Below, piece by piece: positions 1-12,800 of a stretch of DNA of 64,000 nt. The notes below the pieces were generated by a model. The model did no database searches. It saw only the letters and a list, made by a program, of their open reading frames with translations, and was not told where the DNA came from. The position numbers were made by a program, and so were the translations under genes. The DNA is from Amphiscolops sp. MND2022 (Eukaryota), in contig OZ076409.1 in NCBI GenBank assembly GCA_964187785.1, positions 26,724,001 through 26,788,000 on the forward strand. Direction: 5' to 3'. The stretch's first letter is position 1. The number at the start of each line of letters is the position of its first letter.

Positions 1-387
1 CCATTAACTTCGTATGATCAATTTTACACGAAGAAATTGTGTATTCAGGAGGTGATCTGAAAAAAAGTTCTGATTCTTGTCAAGATAAATGAACACTTTT
101 TTGCTATCTCGGAAACCAAAGAGAGTATGAATAGTGTATTTTATACAATTTTATAACGTAGATACAATTTTATAGCATGCGTGTACTGTTGAGAAAAACA
201 ATGAATCAACTAATAGGAACGAACTCCATTTTCTTTCGAACATCCACTTTCGTATGTCGAGTATCGCATCTAGTTTTTTCCGGTAACATCATCAGGCAAT
301 TTATTTGCCTCAATAGGTCCATGGCACGCATAATGAAAAACAAGAGGGCCGCTAAACACCGGGATAATTTCCGCTAAAAATGTAACG

Positions 388-457
388 ACCAGCACGGGTT
401 CGAACCCACGACCTTGTGTCTGCCAGGCAGACGCACTACCAACTGCGCCATGGTGAC
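388..457 (-). pseudogene. tRNA-derived sequence (pseudo-tRNA / SINE-type Pol III head)
   Basis: Minus strand reads TCACCATGGCGCAGTTGGTAGTGCGTCTGCCTGGCAGACACAAGGTCGTGGGTTCGAACCCGTGCTGG. It has an A box (TGGCGCAGTTGG), a D-stem and a B box (GGTTCGAACCC), but the anticodon and acceptor stems pair poorly. Confidence 0.75.
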
Positions 458-1166
458 TAGAATTTACTAAATGGAGTAAAAAAAAGTGGAGATTTGGTAG
501 AATTTGTAAACAAACGCAACACAGATTATGATTTTCCTTCGCCATTATATGTGGGCGGAAAGTAATCAATAGAATCTTATAAACCATATACAGCCCTGAA
601 ATCTACACTATACAGCGCATTCGACTGGTGATCTTTCAGTTGGAAACTATCACAAAAGGGATTTTCACTAATTGACAGGGTCCCAAAAACAACAGAGCTT
701 TTTATTCACACATCATAACTCTAAGTGTTCTGTCACCAAAGTAAAACACGCACATATTAATTCTCTTATCATCGCAAAAAGCTCGTCCTTCGATGATCCA
801 ATTCAAATGCTGGAAACAATTAGTGTGCACTACAATGTATCCTCACAATTTACGTCTCAAAAAAGGTCATATCTGCAAATCCGTACTGACATTCCGGTGG
901 ACTTGAGGACTACTGGGGCTAGCTCCAGTTATCGAACAATCTTACGGCGTCACCAGACCTGCTGTATTCTTTGGCGGAAACTGGGAAAACTGATCTATTT
1001 GGTGATTAATCAGTGGATTCTTGTAAATGTTCCTTCATATACAGTTTCAAATAGGAAACTTTCGGAGTCAGTGAATCTAGTGCATAGAATGCGTGGCTTC
1101 TAATTCCGAAATCCGGGTTCAATTCTGGTTATTGTGAAAGTTTTGAATGTTCATTTGCTAGCCTTT

Positions 1167-1640
1167 TTTTAGTCGGCGCTTTTCTTTAGAAAAGAGTCGA
1201 CTATAGTCATGGCTTTTCGTCAGTGTTTTTTTAAGACCACCTGAATTGACCAAAATAGTTCTACCAAAAGTTCTACAAAATTTTCAGAAGATGCCAAAAT
1301 GTACCTGTTGGCCCAAGGAACTGAACCAAAAAAGTTTCCCGCGTAACATACAATACCGGACGAGACCAAAGGGTCCATTGTTTCGGCACTGTGCGACTTT
1401 TTTCAAAAAAACTTTTTCCCACGAAAGGCCCACCTTCAATTTTTTTGGAGTTTTGCAACAGAATGGATGTTAAAAAATCCCAAAGGGTCCTCCCTTTCAG
1501 TTTTTTTCGGCATTGTGAGACTTTTCTTCAATTTTTTTCATAAAAGTAGTCCCAATTCACCAATACTTGGAAATTTTGAAGTCCTTTTGCTATTTTTGAG
1601 CCTTGGATATGGCGCCGACTTGGGCCGTTCCCGGCTTGTT
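1167..1640 (+). mobile_element. Non-autonomous Helentron/DINE-1-like element (HINE), family A
   Basis: 5' T-run + AGTCGGCGC with an adjacent partial inverted repeat (..AGTCGACT). 3' subterminal inverted copy GCGCCGACT, then hairpin GCCG-TTCC-CGGC and TTGTT end. Internal AAAGGGTCC repeats; no TSD. Confidence 0.75.
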
Positions 1641-2412
1641 GAAAAGTACTGAGAGTATATTTCTCCCGATCAAAATAAGACATACAGCAGTGATTATAAG
1701 GTCAAGACAATGAGAGAGTTGGACAAGGACATATGGACCCGAGATAACGTATAGTTGTCGAGACCTTGTATAATGCCGTGCAAGGTGTTTAGAAGGCGTA
1801 TAAGTACATTGGAACCTTGCAAACTATGTTTAATTTTATACACGTAGGTTCCTAATGCGATTGAATTTATAGTCTTAATTAAACAGACTTTTAGTGAGTG
1901 TTTTATCAAGTTTCTGGAAATTAAGGAACTTTGTAGCGGAATTTGAACTTCGTTTTAACATTGGTCGAATAATTGGTATCGTTCTTATTGTTTCCAAATG
2001 CCGTTTGATTATTATCAAGAACAAAAACTTTTGTCATTGAATTGCCCTAAAATACCTGCAAAATTGATGAATTTCCAAAAAACTTGAAACGTTCTGAATT
2101 GGACTTTTTTGCCACTTGGGCATCAACAAAAATTAATATCAGCTTTCGCATTTAAACAAAGTGCTAATTAGCACTTTGTTTAAGGTTCATTAATTGTGTC
2201 TTTGAACACTGTGATATTTCGTAGCCACCAAAATTTTCAAAAACTGTACGCAAGTTACTAGTCAAGGTTTAAGTTGGATTCAAAAAAAGTCTTTTGTTGG
2301 CTTTTCATGTCTGTTTCTGAACAGCAACTTTGAACTTCTTTATCTGAAATTGTACTAAGTAATTTTTGTTCGTCATTGCACTCCCGGCATATTTCAAATC
2401 AAGAAAATAATC

Positions 2413-2830
2413 AACAAGACGGGAACGTCTAAAGTCGGCGCTATATCGAAGGCTCAAAAGTTTTTAGAAAATGGCAAAAGGTGGGATCCTTTCGGCTTTT
2501 TGAAAATCCAGTTTGCTGCAAAATATCAAAAAAATGAAGGGGGACCCTTTGGAGACATTTTTAAAAATTCGAAAAAAAGTCGCACAGTGCCGAAAAAAAA
2601 TCAAAGTGGGGACCCCATAGTCTCGTCCGGTTTTGTATCCGGTTTGTTACGTTAAAGGGGGTGAATGAAAGGGGGAACTGTTTGCACTAATTTAGATGCG
2701 TTTCCGTTTGCCGGTCCAGTAGTTTAGTAGTTCTGTAAAAAGTCTCCACTACGCATACATTCTGTTATCTGACAAAAAAAATTGCCACTGTAATAGTCGA
2801 GCTCATTTTGTTAAAATGCGCTGACTAAAA
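2413..2830 (-). mobile_element. HINE family A copy
   Basis: Starts AACAAGACGGGAACGTCTAAAGTCGGCGC (reverse complement of the 3' end) and ends ..ATAGTCGAGC..GCGCTGACTAAAA. Closely similar to 42040-42610. Confidence 0.75.
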
Positions 2831-5800
2831 GCGGTACAAAACCCACCAATAAATTGTGCAATCTTGGACCATTTCGGATATTTTGCTTTCTTGCAGTCAC
2901 TTTGAGACTTTCATATTACGAACTTCAAGGTTCTCTTCCAAAATTTTGCTAATCTGGTATCCATTTTATTCGTAAATTCTCTGTAAAGTAACTTTTTCAA
3001 ACTTCTGATTTTTCCTTGAGAATGTCGTCTGAAATAATCTTCGATTTGTTTTTGAAATCATGTTCATACCCATGAAGACACTCAAAATTGTACAAAAATT
3101 GCTTGAAACGGTCCAATTTTGAGAAATTTTCGTATTTTGCTTAAAATATTGCACATGTTGAACAAAAAGCGAAATCTTTTCTTTAAAAGAACGTATTGGA
3201 TAGCTTATTGTTCCAACGTGGAAGTGTCCGGATGTTCTAACCCTTGAAAAAATACAAAAACTACAAAAAATAGTACACACTATAATTGAAAACCGTATAC
3301 GCCTAAAAAGCAAAAGTTGGTAAATTTTCAAAATTTTTCGACAATTTTGTTGTCAATGTAGTCAAAAGCAAAAACATCCAGAAATCAAACACATATCGGA
3401 CGAAACTAAACTTATGTCAGTTGAATTCTATGGGAGAACCCTTTCAATTCGGGTATGACATTGACGAATTTCGGGAAAAAATGCGGCTCGGTTAGTTATA
3501 TCCTTCCCCATATGGAAATATGTTCGGAAACTAATAAAATCCATGAAAACACGTTTTTATACATACGTCTTAAATTTTTCCCAGATTTTCAAAACCTCAT
3601 TAGTGGAGCATTGACGATTATCGATGACAGTATAAAACCATTCCGCTACTAAATGGAAGAAGAAATTTATTTTTCCAATTCAACTTGAACTTTCCCAGTC
3701 GACAACATTGGTTGAAATAATTAAAACCAATTATAGGAGATTTAAACATGATTTTTGTTATTGTATTCCAGATGATGTCAATTTCAATATTATAACAAAT
3801 GATTCTATGTTATAACACAATATTTGAAAGATAAAACTTTATCTTGGATTGAAATTATTTTTTCAAATATCTTTTCATTCCAAACGTTCAAAGTTTGTGA
3901 AACTATCACTTTGGGATAAAGCAAAAATGAAATGGTCCTGATATTGAACTTTTTCTGCAGAATTCAATTGTTCGTGAATTTTATAGAATTGCTTCATAGC
4001 GGTTGCTTTTGAAGTAAGCATAATGAAATTGATCAAAATCAGGAATTGAAGTCAAGGCGCTGATGAACTGAGCTGTTGTTTTTCTCTCGATTGCCTCAAG
4101 GTAAAACTGGAGTCAAAGTGAAGAGAGAAGAGTTTGCCAGCTGTGAAAAAGGATTGGGTGAATTCGATAACCTTTAAAATTCAACAGCAGCATCACCAAC
4201 TGCCAATTACTTTAACGCCAATGTCTTCATTTGAAGACTACTAAAAATTACAATGAATACTTTTTGTTAGCCTTATTATTCGGATACATCTAGGTAAATC
4301 AAAGCCACAATCAAAGTGGCCTCATGTTGTTTTCAAAAGCTGATCCTTCGAAAAGAATTCATCATTGATTTTGAACTGTTCACGTATTAGAAACGATGCA
4401 AAAATTTTAAGCTTCTCGAATTAACCAAAGCGACTTGCAACAACACGCAAGGAACATTAATGTTGCATTAATGCTGACGAATGACGTTGACAATTCCTAC
4501 AATTTTCAGCACTGAGGAGAAGAAAGTACTTTGCGCAGCTTATGAAGAGCTTCTAAGACAACCAGATGAAGGATAATTGAGACTTACAAGGTTTTTGTTC
4601 CGTCTTTGGTAAGGTACCTTCTAATGGACCCTTTAATGCCCACAGTTGCGCCTTTATGTCAGAGAAAAACCAGTCAATGGATGGAGATTTCGTTTATGAC
4701 ATTACCAATTTTCCAGTGGGAATTGTGAAGTTCAGTACTGAACGCGTTAACTTCTTCATTTATTTGCTTCATGATAGGAAAGGTTACTCTGAAGAAATAT
4801 CTGAGCTTCTGAATTTTCACTTTAAAACCACGAGCAACCAAAATACGTAGAAAGCTTATAGGAGGCTAAAAATGTACTATAATGGTTGAAAATTTATTGC
4901 CGCAGGGTGCTGACATAAAGTTTGCGCTGTGTATTGACTGAAGTGAAACCATAAAGCCATTGAGTAATTTGTTTCCATCCTTCGTACAAATCATTATCTG
5001 AAGGGTGGAAAACAAAAATGAATGAGTAGAAATCAATGAAAGAAGGTCAAAAAAGACGCCCTCTAGGCACCGGGATACTTACCGCCCGCTAAATTTTGCA
5101 AGAAAAAATCGAAGTTGAAACTTTGTGAAATTTTACTTTCAAAAAAGTATCCCGAAGAAAATTTATTGGAGTAAAATTAACTTTACGAAATGCCTTTTAG
5201 ACGCATTTTTCATTTTAGAATTCAGAAGATTTGTAGAAAAGTTCAAAAACTATATATACTTTTACATTTTGACACCTTTTGATTTTTAGAAACTTTTTTC
5301 AAAACGTTTCCATAATTGCGTATGCTACGACTATTGTGTTTTGTCTTTTAAAACTCTATGTGAAAAATTGACGCATTACAGTGAAAACATTATCATTTTA
5401 TTTCAACATTAAAACTTCGAAAAACCGATCAAACATTGTATGAAAATAAGTTTTCTCGTGTTGCCAATCTTCCTATTTTGACCACTCTTTTTGAAAAGAT
5501 CAGATGCCTCCATATAGGCACATCCCTTGTTGAAATTTCTTGAACTGTCCGCATGTTCTTCAAAGTTGCCACCAACTTATTATAAATTATTAAAATTTTC
5601 TAAAACTCTTAACTGAAACTTTTCTTGAGAATATTCCTCTGTTCTTTTCATCTTATGTTAAGTTGCTGGGAAAGCATCCTAAATTAACTATGTTAAACCT
5701 AGAAATGTTGCATATTTCATTCAAAAGCAGTTCTATTTCAACACCGCAATTTCAAAAATTTTATGCATGCAAAAAGTAAACAACAATTAACGTCATCTTG

Positions 5801-6066
5801 AGCGAGCGATTTGAGAAGCGGTGTTAACACCAGATGAGTAGCTGAGTAATGGAAGTGTGAAAACAACGTAATCATGTCGGTAACGGAATGATTTTTTTAA
5901 CATTTCATTTTCAATATGGGAAAATACAGTGTAATTCTACAAAATTCAGCACCAGAAGTTTTACTGAATTTTCTAGGTCCTTAAAAAGTGACCCTCAAAA
6001 AAAATGCACATTGGTCAATCTGGACCATATGGTCTCAGATGGTTTTCTAAGTCAACATAAATTGTG

Positions 6067-6630
6067 AACAAGCCGGGAACGGCCCAAGTTGGTGCACCGC
6101 TCAAGCTTCAAATTTGAATATGCTGAGGGACACAGCGCCGAAAAATACTCGAAGCATAAAAAAATTTAATTTTTGAAAAAAAACGGAAACTTTTTCATCT
6201 CCGGAAAGTCTCAGTGCCAAAAAACCCAAGAACAAACCCTTCAAGTTCGCAAAACGCTTTTTCCGAGCCGAAATAGTTTTAAAGACGTGAAGGTGGTAGG
6301 TACCTTTCGACGAAATAAAAGTTGTGATGAAAATATACGTCACACAGTACCGAAAAACATAAGGTGGCTTTTTTGCTCGCAAAACGATTTGTTTCCGCAA
6401 AAAAATCAAAGGGGACTTCCGTTGAAAAAAACTCCAAAGAAAAGTCGCATAGTGCCGTAAAAAAGCAGAGGGGAACCGTTGGAGCCGTTACAGAATAATT
6501 TTGGTTCAGTGCGAGTCTCGAACCCACGTTCTCGAACTCACGAACGTCTGTGCCAAGTGACAGTACGAGCTACAAGTTACTAAGTGAAAACCTATAGAAA
6601 CATGTAGAATTCTGTCAGTTCACAGGTCTT
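6067..6630 (-). mobile_element. HINE family A, diverged copy (5' end not resolved)
   Basis: AACAAGCCGGGAACGGCCCAAGTTGG terminus and internal AAAAGTCGCATAGTGCCG motifs. Far boundary is approximate. Confidence 0.55.
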
Positions 6631-8427
6631 TAAAATTTTATATTTTTATTAACTTTCACAATGCATTGATGTTTTCCGCTTCACGCGCTTTTTGCTTTTT
6701 AATAACTTAGTGTACTTCTGCCGAGAGATAATCGAAAGTCAAATGTTTTTGTGTTTGCGAAGACTCGGCAGTTCGGCTTTGGATGTATTATACTACACAG
6801 TCCAAATAAGGAAGAAAAGTGTTGTGAGAGGAAAACTTATAGCTAAGTGAGAAAGAAACCCACCACCGTATTCGACAATTGAAGTATGGGATGACCCTGA
6901 AAATAACAAAGCTGATTAAGCCATACAATGTGTTTTTCGAAGTCGTGTAAACAAGTATGATGAGCCTAAAATATGAAGGCCAATTTTTACAAGTGCCAAA
7001 GATAAAAGTGCTGAGAGATTTAAACATCATGAAACATTTGAATTTTGTGTATTGAGCTCATTTGAATTGATTAGCTGACTTTCTAAAAATGAAAAGAGGA
7101 TTTGCATGGTTTCGTAAAGTCCTCTCAGCCAAGACGGAACTCTTTGCTTTCTCGAATTTTTTTCTGACGATTCCAGTAAAAGTTTTTCATGTTTGATGAC
7201 TAATGATCGATAAAAAGTAAGGTTGATGATTTGAAAAAAAACATAGTCAATTGAAGCAAAATCCAAATAGTTTTTGGCATGAATTTTACGTCTTTAATTT
7301 AGTACCATAAGAGACAATTTGACACTGAAAAATTAGTTTTTTTTTCGGAATAACGTTTCTTATCATTCAATTAGTTTTCCTAAGTTCAAATAAATGTCAA
7401 AGTGTTTACTAAAGAATGAAAAAATATTTAGACTTGGGAACTAGAATAAAGAAAAGGATATTGCAGTACGATGGAGAAATACATATCGAGTTGACAGAAC
7501 GAACGTCTTTCAAATTTCGAGAAAGAAATTCTACACAGAAACAAGAATAGTGGCAACCGTAGTGTATCAATTGGTATTAGTGTATTAAGATGGTATTAAT
7601 TAGTGGCAACAATATGCATGAACTTAGGAGCATCGTTTGTAAGAAAAAGCTGACTTCCGCTCATGTCTACCGGATATTTTAGTGATTTTGATAATGCTGG
7701 GAGTAAAAAAACAGTGGCACTGCGATACCAATTGGTTTAGAAGTAGCCAATAGATTTATCAGCGTCAGCGTTAATTGGCTACGTTATGCTAATTTATTTA
7801 TCATCTGCCATGTATGGAAAGCATGCGTTCCATAAAAAGACAAGGGTATGGAAAAATTCGTCCCATAAGAGGACCATGTTTATGATACAATGATCAATAT
7901 ACAATGGGTCAATATATGATTTGCATGGTTTTATTGTTTTTCAAACTGATAAAATGTTTGTCTCCTGATATATTCGCATCTTGAAGCTTTCGGACAAAGA
8001 TTTAAAAAAATTGAGTTGTGAACAAAATGCTCCGAGAGGTCAAGCGCTTGTTAAGCCAATTCAATATGTTTATAGATATAACCATGTCTTAAAATATATT
8101 CTTGCCTCAGATGGTGCATCAAAAATTACTATGAATCTCAGAAAGCTCTTTGTAAACCAGTCATTGGGGAGATAAATGCAACACAAGAGAAACTTCAAGT
8201 TTTCAATAACCGCTGATAAGTGATATTGACACTGTAAGCACTCAATGGCACAAGGAAGAGGAATTTTATTCTACTCAGGAATATTAGCCTCGTTGTTATC
8301 GTTTTTGGAAGAAAAATTGACAAGTAAATAATAAGACTAATGGCCGTTTTTTTTCATTTTAGAGAGAAATTATAGGCTGATAGGGGTAAGAGGTAATCAT
8401 TTGGAGGCAATAGTGATCCTCTGACCC

Positions 8428-8555
8428 TTCCCAGTGTGAAATCGTGTGACATTCTTGATATGATTCTAGCATTTTCGTGAAATCCTTGACAGGAATCTTG
8501 GCAAGATTCTTATCAAGAGCGCCAAGAATGTGTACGTCCTAGTTGACACTGCAGT
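8428..8555. repeat. TCTTG/CAAGA-rich dispersed repeat (MITE-like fragment); related sequence at ~9960-10122
   Basis: Clustered TCTTG/CAAGA motifs. Shares ATTCTTGATA, TCTTGGCAAGA and CACTGCA with 9960-10122. Confidence 0.4.
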
Positions 8556-9103
8556 AACAGTTCACATGTTGCAGGCCTGCATCCACGCTAATTTTTTAAA
8601 ACTTAGAAAATTTAGTAAGCTTCTGGTGGTAAATCAAGTAGGATTACACAGATCATGAATTAAATTTAAAATAAATTTCACTTGGTTATCGACACGACCA
8701 CCTTTCATTCACAATTTCATTTCTCCTATACTCGTCTGAAGTGATCACCGTTTTCCAAATAGCAAGCTGAATATGATGCTGATTTATTGTTTATAACGTT
8801 ACTGAAAACAAATTGCATTGGAATGGCGGCAAATTTGATAACATCGTAGTTGCAATTAAAACTAGAACTGATGCATAATGAAAATTGCAAAAATTCTCGC
8901 CCTAAAAATGACGCCAAGTTTTGGATGAACTTTTCAAGTAACTTGATAAAGGTTGAAAACAATACGGAAATATTCTCGCATGAAAATCTCTGTTCGAAAT
9001 TTTGAAATGATGATAAAAATTCAAGCGATTTCACCGAGAGTGACAAGGAAGATCTTGTCAAAAGCTTAAAAAGGAAAACTAACGAATTTGATGGAAAACA
9101 AAT

Positions 9104-9784
9104 AACAAGCCCGGAACGGCAAAAGTCGGCACCTCGCCTAACGCTCAAAATAGAAAGAGTAAATCAAAGCGTCAAGAAATTTTTTTCGGACCAATTTCAC
9201 AGTACCGAAAAACCTGAAAGACTTCTTCGAAGTTGGCGCAATATTTTTGAACCTCCTCCTTCTTCGTTGTAAAACGCAATTCATTTCGGATATAGCGTCA
9301 ATAGTTCGCATATAGCGTGCTGGGGCGAATGAGAGCGCTTGGTTTTGAATCTCGGCCTCCTTGATAAAATGCAACTTATTTCAGACATCATGGACAAAAT
9401 ATTGCGCTATATCCGAATATGCTACATTATGTCCGAAGCTAATTTTTTTTACACAGGAGGCGGCGGAGGTTCAAAATTTTGCCCAATATCTGAGTTTTTG
9501 GAGTTTTGATAACTCCAATAACTCAGATATTGGGCAAAATTTTGAACCTCCGCCGCCTCCCAGTAAAAAAATAAACCTCGGACATAATGTAGCATATTCG
9601 GATATAGCGCAATATTTTGTCCATATCAGATACTCTAAATAATATAATTCAGTTTCCTGGGCCAAATGGTACAATTTGGCCTTTTAAATTTGGTAGAACG
9701 TTTGGTAGAATTTTTGGTCAGTTCGTGTGGATTGAAAAAAGCCACTAATATAGTCAATTCTATTTGATGAAGCTACGACTAAAA
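9104..9784 (-). mobile_element. HINE family A copy with internal repeats and a large palindrome
   Basis: AACAAGCCCGGAACGGCAAAAGTCGGC terminus at 9104 and ..CGACTAAAA terminus at 9784. 9650-9735 is the reverse complement of the copy-1 segment at ~1230-1325. Confidence 0.6.
9390..9624. repeat. Near-perfect palindrome, ~115 bp arms with ~5 nt spacer
   Basis: ATGGACAAAATATTGCGCTATATCCGAATATGCTACATTATGTCCG... mirrors ...CGGACATAATGTAGCATATTCGGATATAGCGCAATATTTTGTCCAT. Centre at ~9507. Confidence 0.95.
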
Positions 9785-12239
9785 CAAGTCGCCAACCGCG
9801 GCCTGAACAGCGTACCTATTATGTCTGAGGCCTTCACGCTACCAACCAATCTATCACGTCCTTTAATTCAATATTTTGTGCTGTTCAAAAAAATGACAGG
9901 GGCTGGTAGTGCGAACAATTGTGAAAAAGTGTTGTCTGTTTTTCAAGTTATATGTTTTTGTGAAATTCTTGATACGAGTCTTACCAAAACCCTTCGAAAG
10001 AAATTCAAGACGTCGGAGTGAAGCAAGAATAAACAAGATATTATCAAGACTCTCAAGAGTGAACTGTAATCTGCAAGAAAATTCAAGATCTTGGCAAGAG
10101 TTTCAATTTTTTTGCACTGCAATGAAACAAAGAACGAAGACCCTCATATTTGTCAGATTCAGATGTGCTTACAGTACTCTCCTCAAATGCCTGGATCAGT
10201 TGGAAAAAATTGCTCGGGAAGAGAATTCATAAAAAGTTTAGATTTAACCATCTTTTCAGAGTAAAGTTTCCACCAGGGTAAAGTTTCAACCGATGGAAAT
10301 TAAATTCTCACAAATTGTTTGAAAAGGTTAACTCAAATAATTCCTTTCTTCAAACTTTCACTTTTTTCCTGGATTAAATTCCAATGGTGGATTGGCAACT
10401 CTTTAATTTCATTTGCTTCACCTCTTGTTGAGATGAATCATGATTTTTGTTGAAATTTCATAAACTTTCGATGTCCAACTAAGTTTAGCAACCAATCAAC
10501 CAAACGTTCAACATTTGGGTCAAACGGCTTTTCATCGATTCAAATTGTTGTTTTATGTTATGTTGGCTGTTGTAACATGGCTGTTTTTGGCGGCCCATTT
10601 CAATAAAAGTCCAATTATGGTACGCCTTTCGTAGGGTAGATTTGCTCGAAAAGGACATCCACTCGAGAAAGCAGCAAAAGAAGTGGTTCTAGAAAAAGCA
10701 ACGTATCACGCGGAAAAAGAGCAAATAAAGAAATCTCATTATTTTGTTTAAGTTTTTTTAAAAGGTTTTTATAATTACACAGAAAAATTCTCCTGAACAT
10801 TTCGAATCTGTCAACACAATTTTTCGGGAAATTATTGTAAGTTGTAAAAGTCGTATGAGCTTGTTTTACGTTGTTAAATTTCAAAATGCTATCTTAATAC
10901 ATGTATTTCCGAAAAATCCTACTTTTAAAGTTTAGTTTTTCCAAGATTTTAGAATGATTCCGAAATGTCAGGGGATTCAGTAAGTTCAGGGGGTCGATTG
11001 GACATAAAATATACTATAATCTATAGAGTTCATTCAACTATTTCTGGCTGTTTTGCAGAGTTTAGGTCATCTTTCTAACTCTTTTTCATGTATGCGGCAT
11101 TTACAAACAAAGAAACTTCCTTTTTCAACTCAAACAGTTTTTGAAGCGAAGAAGTTGGAGCAAACTGCACTTGTAGCTGGAAATGATTCAATATGTTTCA
11201 CTAGAAGAAACACTTGTGAAAATTTTTCGTTACAATTTCGTGCGTTTTTGAGAATTTGAGTGAAGCTACTACATGCGGTGATTTTTACTACTGCAAATTG
11301 GAACGTCGATAAAATGTCAAATGAACATAATATTATGGCTTCAAATTTGCTGATACAAACTTTACAACTTTACTATGACAGCATATTTTATTACAGAAGT
11401 GTGAACAGTAAAAAATAGAGGATATAGCTTTTTGTCTAATAAAACTAATTTAGACATCGGAAATATTGATCATTGTAAAAATGATATTTATGATGAGATA
11501 TTCCAAATTGAGGGTAATTTGACGCCTTTAAAAGTATCTGATCGCAAGATCAAACGTTGATAAAAACAATGAATCAACAAATTGATGAAGACAAAAAAGG
11601 GCGGCATTCATTGAACTGAACATTTCACCCAGTTTTCATTCACAAGTGTCGATTAGCCAACAATAAGCTTCAACGAAAGTTTGATGTCTAAAATGAAGCA
11701 ATGAAAAAGCGACTTCGAAGTTTACAAGAAATTATATACTCAGTGGATTTCTTTTTTTACAACGAATTCTACCACTACTTCATTTTGAAGACAAGGTATT
11801 GAAGGCTCAGTCACTTAACAGACTAGTTGCACTGATTGTTTTTATAGGCCGGTTACATTAACCTAGGCTACTGATTAAAAAACTCATTGTAAGATTTTCG
11901 GCACTGTTAAGCAATGGAAAAACTTTTTGGAAAAATTCCTCCGTGTTGGAACTTTTATGTGCGATGGCTTTGATCTGTAAAGCTCGTATCTTCACCCAGA
12001 ACAGTCTTGGAAGTTCATTTGCCTCTATAATGTAACGAGAAAAATCACAGTGCCACTACCTTTTTTATTCTGCTTCGCTTTATGGAACAATGATATTTTC
12101 CGACACGAACTTTTTGTGACGACATATTTTCAAGATTTGAGCTATAGCAAATAAGACGCGGTCTTGCAGACAGAGTTCAAAAGTTTGAAAAGGTAGACAG
12201 TTTTCGTTGTTTCCTTTTTTGAAAAGAAAGAAACTTCAT

Positions 12240-12800
12240 ATTTCTTTATCCTCGATAGTCTTTATCCTCAAATCTTTTTTCGCAATCAATAAAAAGTTAA
12301 GAAACGCAAAAAGAATATGGGGAACCGAAAATTTGTTTTTCTTATCAACAATCTATTGGAGTATTTAGGGTTAAAATCTCAACTTTTATCCTCGACAGTG
12401 ATTTCGTCCTTAAATGACGACAGCGATTTTCTTCGCAATAATTGAAAAACACGATACGCAAAAAAATTATATAGGGAATCACAAAATTGGTTTTCCTTAT
12501 CGACAAACTATTGGAGTATCTGGGGTGAGTTGTTATTTGTGTCAATATAGCTTTTTTTCCGAACCACGGGCAAAAAGTATCCGGGAAAAAGTGAAAAATT
12601 GAAAAATTTTACATTTCAGAGAAATATCCATCTCTCCATAACTGAGCATATGGTTGCTAAGTTACTGTCCCACACTAATAACACAGCAGGCCACCATTGA
12701 AAACAGATACAGAAGTTTCTTCAATGAAGATTAATTTATGAGTTTGACCGGTATTGGAAAGGCCCGGCGTAGCCAGGCCCACGCCGCCGCGGTGGCGCTC
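12240..12800 (+). repeat. Dispersed repeat family (inverted copy at ~42613-43000)
   Basis: TAACTGAGCA..TGGTTGCTAAGTTACTGTCCCAC..CACAGCAGGCCAC and GAGTTTGACCGG..GGCCCGGCG match the reverse complement of 42613-43000. Confidence 0.75.

Noticed and set aside
388..457. Functional tRNA-Ala(GGC) gene
   Set aside because: Anticodon, T and acceptor stems mispair. It was treated as tRNA-derived sequence instead.
672..1103. 143-aa ORF and the many other 60-140 aa ORFs in the track
   Set aside because: No recognisable domains. Most overlap repeats or are antisense shadows of retroelement ORFs.
4000..4860. Coding-like decayed sequence (also ~10250-10560, ~22000-22760, ~26250-27200, ~54760-55400)
   Set aside because: There are many stops and no motif I can assign. 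These are probably old transposon relics but cannot be supported.
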